Virus record (IMG/VR): IMGVR_UViG_3300032236_000404
Span: 3,449 to 67,448 of that record
DNA: 64,000 nucleotides
Strand: one strand, 5' to 3'
DNA from: a virus
This document shows, one piece after another, positions 1-8,126 of the stretch; positions within the stretch are counted from its first letter, which is position 1, and each line of letters begins with the position of its first letter. The notes beneath the pieces were generated by a model. That model was not told the DNA's origin. It saw only the letters and a list, made by a program, of their open reading frames with translations, and searched no databases. A program made the translations under genes and the position numbers.

Positions 1-1
1 T

Positions 2-496
2 TCATTCTCCTTGGCGGTTTTCCGCTTTTAACTGCTTTGGACGCCAAAATACATGATGCCCCACTACAGCAGTCTTATGAACTTTCTTTGTATGTCTATA
101 ATATTTACGATTACGAAAACTCAAAGCACCATTGCTCAGGTCATATGTCTTGCCTGATAATACTAATGTGGCGATTTGTTGACTAGTTTCCCATCGTTTA
201 CCGTCTGGTAATTTACGTTTTCTACAGGTCCAACCAAATTGGCATTTGTTGGCGTCCACCTGATGTACCACTTTACATATTGTTTGTGGATAAATTCCAC
301 TTTGGGTACGATTTAAAATCACATGTCCTACAGCAATTTTGCCTTCACGTGATTCTGATCCCGATTCATAGTAGATAGCCTCTGCTAAACACTTATGATC
401 TTGAGTAGTTGCATTTACTACTATTTTTCCTTCTGCTGTTGCACAACCTACTAATGCTAAAGATGCGACAACTGCTGTCGTTGTTATAATATTCAA
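2..496 (-). CDS. Cell wall hydrolase, SleB/Hydrolase_2 family
   Basis: CLAEAIYYES.SE...G..AV..VILNR, YP.TIC.VV.Q, QF.W and G.H.F motifs; hydrophobic N-terminus. Start moved from 589 (inside the tmRNA) to the TTG at 496 after a GGAGAG RBS. Confidence 0.85.
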   Translation of the reverse strand: MNIITTTAVVASLALVGCATAEGKIVVNATTQDHKCLAEAIYYESGSESREGKIAVGHVILNRTQSGIYPQTICKVVHQVDANKCQFGWTCRKRKLPDGKRWETSQQIATLVLSGKTYDLSNGALSFRNRKYYRHTKKVHKTAVVGHHVFWRPKQLKAENRQGE

Positions 497-549
497 TACA
501 CTCTCCGTTTTAGAATAGGGTTGCCAAGCCCTAGACATTCTCCTCAAAT

Positions 550-873
550 AAAAGTGGGGGATTCTGTTTCCAAGCTCCCCCGAGCTCATTTATGCTGCTA
601 GAGCATAAGAAGTAACGAAGTTGTCGTTAGCATCTATAAGTTTTATTGCGTTAACCGAGCTTTCGCCGGACTATCTACTTCAATCTTTACAGCACCAATC
701 GAAACCTATTTCGCCCCCATCAAAGATACATAGTCCCTTTAACCGCAAGTGTCCATTAGTCCCTTTCGGGTGTCCTTGAACGATAGGAATCGAACCTATT
801 ATGTATCCATGGTGGAGGCGGGGAGATTCGCACTCCCGTCTTGCCGCCTTATTCCATTGCTATCAACAATAGT
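550..873 (-). ncRNA. ssrA: tmRNA, circularly permuted two-piece form (acceptor piece ~873-810, intervening segment 809-719, coding piece 718-~550)
   Basis: The acceptor 3' end GGGAGTGCGAATCTCCC-CGCCTCCACCA (ends at 810) lies upstream of the 5' end GGGGGCGAAATAGGTTTCGA (starts at 718). The 7-bp acceptor stem has G3:U70. Tag frame 631-590 reads ANDNFVTSYALAA*. Outer ends approximate. Confidence 0.95.
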
Positions 874-877
874 AATA

Positions 878-908
878 TATTTATACTACTTTTGCCCTAG
901 AATGTCAA
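878..908 (-). promoter_or_regulatory. tmRNA promoter: sigma70-like TTGACA-17bp-TATAAA overlapping a T4-late-like TATAAATA
   Basis: TTGACA at 908-903, 17-bp spacer, TATAAATA at 885-878, directly before the acceptor piece. Confidence 0.75.
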
Positions 909-3900
909 ATCTTATATGGATTTGCACCAGGTCCTGAATCACCCCATACTGCTGGGTCATTTCTACTGTTGCCTGTATCATAAAGGCTTCTTCTAGTACC
1001 AAACTTAGCAAGTAACTTGCTTAATAATCCGCCTGCAATAAGTCCGCCGGTAATAGTACGCATAAGTGCTTCTATATTTTGATTGGTTACCTGTGCCAAT
1101 AACTCTAATACACCAAATATCATTTGATCTGTGTTAAATGGATTTGTATATTTTGTAGTGGAAATATCCCCATATAATGACTTATTGACAATCTGCATCA
1201 TAGTTGCAACAAAATATTCATTGTTTAATAAGATTAATCCATTACTCACTACTTTACCAAATGGCACAGATTCGCCATTTAGATTAACAATCAACAAGTC
1301 AGCACCCATGATCTTATTATCCTGAAGAACAATTGGGTTACCCTGAGCATCAGTAATTTGATTTGGTGTCAATGCATTTCCGCCGCCAACCACTAATCCA
1401 TGATTATTCATTGGCAGGATCGTTCCGCTAGGACCACTGGGATTACTTGTGATAGTATTATTTGCATTTCCAGGCTGTCCAGGAATAACAGTACCTAATA
1501 GATCATTCCCAGTATTAGTGTTTCCAGTTGTTACATTACCGGGAAAAGTTGTTCCCGGGGAAATGGTATTGCCAATAATATTTGTGCTTGGTACAACTGT
1601 ACCAGGAGTAGTTACATTACCTGTAATTGGATTGAAAGTTCCATAATTGATAGTTCTGCCTAAACTGGTAAATGAACCAACTGCTGGTGTTTGATACGAT
1701 CCAATAACAGTTCCGTTGTCAACAATTAACACATATTTGTCAATGGCATCTTTTACTACTTGACGTCCAATACCTTCTGCTATTGTAGTAGGAACATCAG
1801 TCCACTGAGTATCAACATACAATTCATCTTTCTGAGGAGATGTTAAAGGTATGTCATTATAAGGTGTTAATGTTTTATTTCTTACATAATTATAAACATC
1901 GCCTGGTTGAGCAGGATATACAGGTGTTGCTCTAAACTGAGGTTTAGCAGGCATATTTCCTGTATATAAATTTTGATAAAACTGTTCGGGATTTCTATAA
2001 TACTGACTCTGTGGCAATTTATATTGGTCAACATTAATGCCTAAATCTGCTAGTGCGGCAGCATTTCTTGCTTGACGCATAACATATTTTATCGAATCGC
2101 CATATAGATCGTTACTGGCTACACGCTCAATATATTCTGCTGGTTGTCCATATCCAGTTTGTAGTCCTAATGTTTCTAAACTGTCCATAAACATTTGAGC
2201 ATCACTAGGTTCAGATGGAGTTTCGTCGAACAAATTAATATTATGAGTATATAAATTATTTGCTTCTCTAACTAATTGAGCACAACTTGCATTATATGCA
2301 ACTGTTAATTTTTGTATATGATCTTGTAATGCAGGATCAGTTGACGCTAATAGTGCTGACTGTTGTGCTTCAATCAGCGGAACAAAAGTTAATACTGCAT
2401 CGTCGAGAGAACTAAAAGTTCCAACTCCAGGAACTGTAATACTTGCTGCTACAGATGGCACGCCGTTTGCATCATCGCCTGGAGTTCCAACATCTGTGTA
2501 TTTTCCATTTAGAGTATCGGTTAATTTAAGAGTTAAATCTTTTAGTGTTGCTGCATCAGGATGATTCATGATATATTCAGTAGAAGAAGTAATTACTGGA
2601 ATAGTATCTGTATGTACGTAACCAGCAGCAGTACCAATAAAATCTGCCATTGTTTGTTCGCCAAACGTGCCACCACCATAGCCATAAACACCCATTAAGT
2701 TTTGACCTACTTGAGTCACAGTGTCACTAGTAACAGTACTGATATGATTTAAATCAGTTCCAGTTTCAATCTTACTAAATGCCATACCAATGGCTCTCAT
2801 ATTTGTATCAGTGTTAATTCCAATAATTGAGAATTGTATACCCAATTCTCTAAAATTATGCACTGGAAGATAAGTTTTACTAGTGGGCATCATAACTTGT
2901 AGATTAGTAAGATCTCCCAATGAAGTGATATCAGTAGTCATATTAAATGCAGATTTAATAAATGATATTGTTTCAGGATCATTTAAGTTTGATAATGCTT
3001 TTTGAGATAGCCCATCAAATAACGGATTGTTGATCCCTGCTACAGGTAGTTTCAATTCTAATAATTGTTGAGTTAAACCTGTATGTTCGCCCAATCCTTT
3101 ATCTAGTATTTGTTGGCAAACATACCCAGGTTGCATTAGTCTCATTGGTTCACTTGCATTCCAAGTTCCCATTGCAATTAAATCAGCAGAAATTGCAGAA
3201 ATATTTTGACCTAGAGTAGTGACACTAAATGTCATGGCATCCTGCATATTTTTGGCTTTTGCACCATAACCACCATTAACAGGACCAAATTTCATTGCCA
3301 TTGCTTCGCTAATAGCACCTACTACTTCTTTATTCCCACTTACTGACGAAGAAACAGTACCAATTAGATTAGTAAATTTTAATTGAGCATTTACTTGTAC
3401 ACCGCCACTGTTTAAGTTTGGAAGATTTCCATTAATTGCACCTGCTGCAACTGAACCCAATACAGATCCTGCTGCATAATTACCAGTCATATTACCAACA
3501 TATGAACTAATAGCCCCTGATAGACCACCAGCAATTGCAAACTGCATAGCAGCGCCTTTAGGAGCATTACTTCCCATAGAACCTAATGCTGAGGTTAATC
3601 CATTAATTGCGGCTGATGCAATTTGAGGTGGCATAACTCCACTAAGTGCTGGAATCAAATTACCGCCCATACTGCTTAATGCACCAAATGCTGCACCTGT
3701 TAGTGCTTGAACTGGACTTTTTCCAGCGACTATTGCACCTAATGCACCGCCTAATGTCTGCCCTACTATTTGTCCTGCTGCTCCGCCTAAATCATATCCC
3801 AATGCATTACCAAATGCACCTGCTGCTGATCCAAGACCTGCACCCAATGCACCCTGTATGCCACCACCACTTAATAGTGCCATGCCCGCACTCATTGCAG

Positions 3901-4546
3901 CATTAGCAGCAACGCCGCCAAGATTTTGCATTAGTCCAGCCATTCCTAACATCTTAGGAATATCTAAGCCACCGCCCATACAACCAGCGCCGCCGGGTGC
4001 TCCTGCTACTGCACCTGCTGCACCACCGGCGCCTGCGGCGGCACCCCCTGCTCCTGTTCCAGATCCACCTGCACCATCACCAGTTGCACCACCTGGTGCT
4101 GCATTAGCATCAGGTGGATTTGGATTAGTTCCGCCATCACCTCTAGCACCAACGTCATAAATTCCTCCAACGTGCCGATCTGCGGTTAGATCTACATTGC
4201 TGACTTCAACCGAAGTGCCATTACCTGAGTGTACGATTGCAGTTCCGTCAGGATTAAATCCTGTAATAACACCCACGTGACCCGTAGTACCAGAACTATA
4301 AGGAGTAAAATATACAGTATCGCCAACTTGTGCTTGTGCAGGGCTGACAGAATTTCCAAAATCTTTATAACTAACTGCCAAGGTATTAGCATCAGGGGTA
4401 TTAATGCCATTTGCTTTTAATACCGCAGTTGTTGTTTCAGCACATATAAACCCAGGATGATAAGCAACACCTTGAGAAGTAATAAACTGCTGTAACTGTG
4501 CAGGACTATAACCTTGTATTTGTTTCCAGGTATCAGCAACTGCCAT
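905..4546 (-). CDS. Large virion/baseplate-hub protein with N-terminal CHAP/NlpC-like amidase domain and Gly/Ala-rich region
   Basis: 1213 aa. FICAE...GDTVYF...GHVGVI gives a Cys/His dyad; long hydrophobic G/A-rich stretch; lies near the PAAR gene. Confidence 0.6.
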   Translation of the reverse strand: MAVADTWKQIQGYSPAQLQQFITSQGVAYHPGFICAETTTAVLKANGINTPDANTLAVSYKDFGNSVSPAQAQVGDTVYFTPYSSGTTGHVGVITGFNPDGTAIVHSGNGTSVEVSNVDLTADRHVGGIYDVGARGDGGTNPNPPDANAAPGGATGDGAGGSGTGAGGAAAGAGGAAGAVAGAPGGAGCMGGGLDIPKMLGMAGLMQNLGGVAANAAMSAGMALLSGGGIQGALGAGLGSAAGAFGNALGYDLGGAAGQIVGQTLGGALGAIVAGKSPVQALTGAAFGALSSMGGNLIPALSGVMPPQIASAAINGLTSALGSMGSNAPKGAAMQFAIAGGLSGAISSYVGNMTGNYAAGSVLGSVAAGAINGNLPNLNSGGVQVNAQLKFTNLIGTVSSSVSGNKEVVGAISEAMAMKFGPVNGGYGAKAKNMQDAMTFSVTTLGQNISAISADLIAMGTWNASEPMRLMQPGYVCQQILDKGLGEHTGLTQQLLELKLPVAGINNPLFDGLSQKALSNLNDPETISFIKSAFNMTTDITSLGDLTNLQVMMPTSKTYLPVHNFRELGIQFSIIGINTDTNMRAIGMAFSKIETGTDLNHISTVTSDTVTQVGQNLMGVYGYGGGTFGEQTMADFIGTAAGYVHTDTIPVITSSTEYIMNHPDAATLKDLTLKLTDTLNGKYTDVGTPGDDANGVPSVAASITVPGVGTFSSLDDAVLTFVPLIEAQQSALLASTDPALQDHIQKLTVAYNASCAQLVREANNLYTHNINLFDETPSEPSDAQMFMDSLETLGLQTGYGQPAEYIERVASNDLYGDSIKYVMRQARNAAALADLGINVDQYKLPQSQYYRNPEQFYQNLYTGNMPAKPQFRATPVYPAQPGDVYNYVRNKTLTPYNDIPLTSPQKDELYVDTQWTDVPTTIAEGIGRQVVKDAIDKYVLIVDNGTVIGSYQTPAVGSFTSLGRTINYGTFNPITGNVTTPGTVVPSTNIIGNTISPGTTFPGNVTTGNTNTGNDLLGTVIPGQPGNANNTITSNPSGPSGTILPMNNHGLVVGGGNALTPNQITDAQGNPIVLQDNKIMGADLLIVNLNGESVPFGKVVSNGLILLNNEYFVATMMQIVNKSLYGDISTTKYTNPFNTDQMIFGVLELLAQVTNQNIEALMRTITGGLIAGGLLSKLLAKFGTRRSLYDTGNSRNDPAVWGDSGPGANPYKI

Positions 4547-4549
4547 ATT

Positions 4550-6097
4550 TTAAAACTCCTTGGGCGGTGGTACATTCAGCGGGCTAGGTGGTAAATCAGG
4601 ATTGTACAAACCATCACCAAATAATTCTTTATAATAAGATGGATAGTATTTAGGAACTACATATTTTCTGTTAGCAGGATTTTCATCCTGTAATATTACA
4701 TTTAATTGTCCAGGGACACATGCTGGTGCACCAGTTAGTACCAACTTCTTCGCAGTATCAGGTGTAAATTGTAATGCTTCAGGTGCTCTTGCAGCAAGGT
4801 CTGCTTTTTGACTATCACTTAGTGAGTCTGCATTATCTGCTGATGCAAAATAGTCTTTAGCATCTTGAAGAGAGTTTATGATTCTTCCAGTTGGTGGTTG
4901 ATTTGCTAATAATGCTAGTGTGTCTGAAGGAGTGTTAAACATAGAACTGAAAACAGGATAGTTTACAACATAAACTACGTTTGCAGAAGGTCCTTGATAC
5001 TTAATAAATGGAGGATCAATTGTTCCATAATTATCTGCTTTAGTAAATCCAAGCGGAACAGTGTCAACTAAAATACCAGGTATTGCCGCAACAGCAGCAT
5101 TTCCTAATATACTATTGGATAATGATTTCAATTCAATTTGAAATTGTTCCTCAGTCATTGTGGGATCGGATACTATTTTTCTCAATGCAGTGTTAAATGG
5201 AATTGAATCTATTGCCTTGTTTAGACTTGAACCGACAATACCATGTTCCGAGTTAAATGCTGTTACAACACCATTAATTTGATTAAAGTTGCTATCAGTA
5301 GCAGAATCTAAATGGTTGATGCTTACATTTGCAACATTCGCGAAAAATCCTGTTGTATATACGGATGCAGGAAAACTGACAGGTATACCAGTGACTGGAT
5401 CAGGTATTGGTGGATGATAACTTTTTACTTGAGATAAGTTTTGTATTAGTCCACTCCTACTCCACTCTATCAATGATTGATTTAAAACATGATTCTGTGG
5501 ACTAAAAATGTTTGAAGTTTTTTTGGTTGTAGGATTGAAAAATTGATACTGTATATTTGTAGCATTTACAGCAGAAACAGTCGTAAATTCTGCTCTTGTA
5601 TTACTTGTGATTGATTTTATCACTCCTAATAAATTTGGTGTTTTAAAATCAGTATTATCAAAAATTTGATAACCTAAATCCAATTGAGTTTTAAAAGTTG
5701 TTCCAGAACCTATTACAGCACTATTTGTTGTATATACACTAATAGTACCGTTACCAACTGGAGATAATTCATTTGTAATAATTGATTGCGAATAACTTTG
5801 ATACTTGTAATTTGTAGCATTGTCAGATGTATTAACAGGAATACCAGTTGCTGCTGGGGAATATAAAGTTACGGTTGTTCCAATTTTACTTTTAATTGTA
5901 CCAACATATGTATTAGTATAAGTTCTAATAACATAATTGTTACCTAGTAGTCCAACATCGCCAGTTACTGATTTAGAACCAGAAGAAACTACAATATTTC
6001 CTGTTCCATATATATTTCCGCTCCACGAAGCAGTTACAGGTGTTTTGTATACTGCCCCGTTAGCGTAAACTACATTTGCAATGATTTGAACAGCCAT
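4550..6097 (-). CDS. Putative virion structural (tail/baseplate) protein
   Basis: 515 aa; S/T/G/N-rich beta-like duplicated N-terminal module (G.G.I.V...S..V.G); abuts PAAR gene. Confidence 0.5.
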   Translation of the reverse strand: MAVQIIANVVYANGAVYKTPVTASWSGNIYGTGNIVVSSGSKSVTGDVGLLGNNYVIRTYTNTYVGTIKSKIGTTVTLYSPAATGIPVNTSDNATNYKYQSYSQSIITNELSPVGNGTISVYTTNSAVIGSGTTFKTQLDLGYQIFDNTDFKTPNLLGVIKSITSNTRAEFTTVSAVNATNIQYQFFNPTTKKTSNIFSPQNHVLNQSLIEWSRSGLIQNLSQVKSYHPPIPDPVTGIPVSFPASVYTTGFFANVANVSINHLDSATDSNFNQINGVVTAFNSEHGIVGSSLNKAIDSIPFNTALRKIVSDPTMTEEQFQIELKSLSNSILGNAAVAAIPGILVDTVPLGFTKADNYGTIDPPFIKYQGPSANVVYVVNYPVFSSMFNTPSDTLALLANQPPTGRIINSLQDAKDYFASADNADSLSDSQKADLAARAPEALQFTPDTAKKLVLTGAPACVPGQLNVILQDENPANRKYVVPKYYPSYYKELFGDGLYNPDLPPSPLNVPPPKEF

Positions 6098-6399
6098 TAG
6101 CCCATCTTCCCTTCACATAAAACATCATCGCTACCTTTGATCATTTTATGTTTACATTTGTCAGGGACTGTTAGAAAGGCTAATTTAGCACCATTCACAA
6201 GAACTGTTTCACATCCTTTAGCAATGGGATTCTTAGGATGTTTTCCTTTTCCAGGCTTAGGATGTTCTTTCACAAAACTTTTGCCTTTGAGGGCAACTTG
6301 TTTAGCATTAACTAGAACATCTGTACTTGTACCTGCTTTAATGACAGGGGATTTCATTTGATTTAAATCACCCTGTCTAACAATTTTCATTCCACTCAA
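6097..6399 (-). CDS. PAAR-like baseplate spike tip protein (gp5.4-like)
   Basis: IVRQGD, repeated S..VLVN motifs, His/Cys Zn ligands (H...H, CKH). Confidence 0.75.
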   Translation of the reverse strand: MSGMKIVRQGDLNQMKSPVIKAGTSTDVLVNAKQVALKGKSFVKEHPKPGKGKHPKNPIAKGCETVLVNGAKLAFLTVPDKCKHKMIKGSDDVLCEGKMG

Positions 6400-6408
6400 A
6401 TTCGTTCC

Positions 6409-6726
6409 TTAAATTATACCCTTGCCCATAGTTACCAATCCAGTAGTCTTTTCCATATACTGGCTGGCTAACTCCTTTTCACACTTAGTATGAAAAGCAA
6501 CTGCATGTTTATTTAACACTACAGGATCGCTGTGGTTAGCAGCAATTGGTATTGGCATCATTCCAAGTCCACCATTTGGAGTATTGATCAATGCCATTGG
6601 TTTGATTAAAATAAATTCATCGTCTCTATCTTCTGAGATACGTGCAAGTATCTCTTCGCCGCTTGTTAACTTAATATCAATTACATCGCCGTTATTATAG
6701 TTGAAAGTTGTTTTTACCATTAGCAT
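6409..6726 (-). CDS. Hypothetical phage protein (possible Sm-like fold)
   Basis: IKLTSGEEILAR motif; coupled to the glutaredoxin gene. Confidence 0.55.
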   Translation of the reverse strand: MLMVKTTFNYNNGDVIDIKLTSGEEILARISEDRDDEFILIKPMALINTPNGGLGMMPIPIAANHSDPVVLNKHAVAFHTKCEKELASQYMEKTTGLVTMGKGII

Positions 6727-6973
6727 ATTGTTGAATCCGTAAAGTTAATTCGTTTGGTTGAAGTGCTTTTAGACCGTCATAGCCGCCTTCAACTAAAATT
6801 CTATTTTCTAAGTATATTTGAGGAACAGTCTTATGTCCCTTGCTTTTAATAAAATCCAATGCCTTAGCATCTTCAGTTACATCAATTTTTTTAAACGCAA
6901 AGTTGTTTCTTTTTAGATAATCTTCTGCTCTGTCACAATAGGGGCAGGCGGGCTTGCTATAAAGTGTAATCAT
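6695..6973 (-). CDS. Glutaredoxin
   Basis: CPYC active site, TVPQI and GGY motifs; next to nrdB. Confidence 0.95.
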   Translation of the reverse strand: MITLYSKPACPYCDRAEDYLKRNNFAFKKIDVTEDAKALDFIKSKGHKTVPQIYLENRILVEGGYDGLKALQPNELTLRIQQYANGKNNFQL

Positions 6974-6992
6974 TGCTGTTCCTTATTAGTTA

Positions 6993-8081
6993 TTAGAGTT
7001 TGAACCCAGCAAAAGAATTTTGATCAACATCTTGTTTTGTGCCACCACTGATATAAGAACTAAGTTCAACTTCTTGTGGTGCTACTTGAACATCTCCACC
7101 AGCAATCCACTTTTGAGTCCATGGCAACGGATTGCTTGCTGTCTTGTAAGGGCATAGTAGCCCAATTGCTGTCATACGTTTGTGAGCAATAAATTCAATA
7201 TATTCGCTTAGTAGTTGTTCATTCAGTCCTATCATGCTACCATCTTTGAATAGATAATTGGCCCATTTCTTTTCTTGTTCAACTGCATCTATAAACAACT
7301 TAACACAGTCGTCTTTTGTTTCCTCTGCAATAGTAACAAAGTCAGGATCATCTTTTGGTAGTATCTTGAGTAGTGTCTGTGTGCCTGCTAGATGTACGTT
7401 TTCATCACGGGCAATGAACTTGATGATCTTAGCATTGCCTTCCATCTTCTTAACTTCAGCAAATGCCCAACTGCAAGCAAAACTTACATAGAATCGAATA
7501 CCTTCAAGCACATTCACTGACATAAGAGCCATCCACAATGCCTTCTTATGTTCATATGAATTTATATCTTGATTACTAGCAAGTAAGTTATTCAATAGAA
7601 TTAATTCATCATAATACTTGCTGATATCACCTGCACAATCAACGATTGCAGCAATATCCATTAACTCATCAAAAACTTTAGAAGGGTTTGAATAGATATT
7701 ACGAATAATATGTGTGTAACTACGACTATGAATTGTTTCACTAAATGTCCAAGTGGTGAACCAAGTTTCAAGTTCTGGCAAACTACAAATGGGCCCAAAC
7801 GCTGCTGTTGGTGCTCTGCCCTGTACTGAATCAAGTAGTATCTGTCTCTTTAGATTACTTGTAAAGATATGCTTTTCATGCTCTGTTAAATCTTTAAAGT
7901 CCTTTGCGTCTCTGAGGATATCAACTTCCTCAGGACGCCAAAAGAATCCCAACTGCCGATCAGTCAGTTTATCAAACTGGCGATACTTCATGGTGTCGTA
8001 ACGCTGTATGGTTACTGGTTCATCAAAGAAGGCTCTTGCCTTAGTATGATCCTGACGACTCTTCGTATCAAATACACTCAT
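6993..8081 (-). CDS. nrdB: Ribonucleotide reductase class Ia, beta subunit
   Basis: FFWRPEEVD, LDSVQGR, ETIHSRSY, LEGIRFYVSF, DENVH and VAPQE motifs. Confidence 0.98.
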   Translation of the reverse strand: MSVFDTKSRQDHTKARAFFDEPVTIQRYDTMKYRQFDKLTDRQLGFFWRPEEVDILRDAKDFKDLTEHEKHIFTSNLKRQILLDSVQGRAPTAAFGPICSLPELETWFTTWTFSETIHSRSYTHIIRNIYSNPSKVFDELMDIAAIVDCAGDISKYYDELILLNNLLASNQDINSYEHKKALWMALMSVNVLEGIRFYVSFACSWAFAEVKKMEGNAKIIKFIARDENVHLAGTQTLLKILPKDDPDFVTIAEETKDDCVKLFIDAVEQEKKWANYLFKDGSMIGLNEQLLSEYIEFIAHKRMTAIGLLCPYKTASNPLPWTQKWIAGGDVQVAPQEVELSSYISGGTKQDVDQNSFAGFKL

Positions 8082-8126
8082 CCCAATTCTCCTGTTGTTT
8101 AATTATACAATTTTTTTAAAGAATAA

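Noticed and set aside
780-802. Possible separate tRNA gene (GGTTCGATTCC)
   Set aside because: Only a T-arm is present, with no cloverleaf or CCA; reported as part of the intervening RNA.
749-937. 62-aa plus-strand ORF, and the 497-589 N-terminal extension of the hydrolase
   Set aside because: Both overlap or abut the tmRNA gene; no RBS or recognisable motif.
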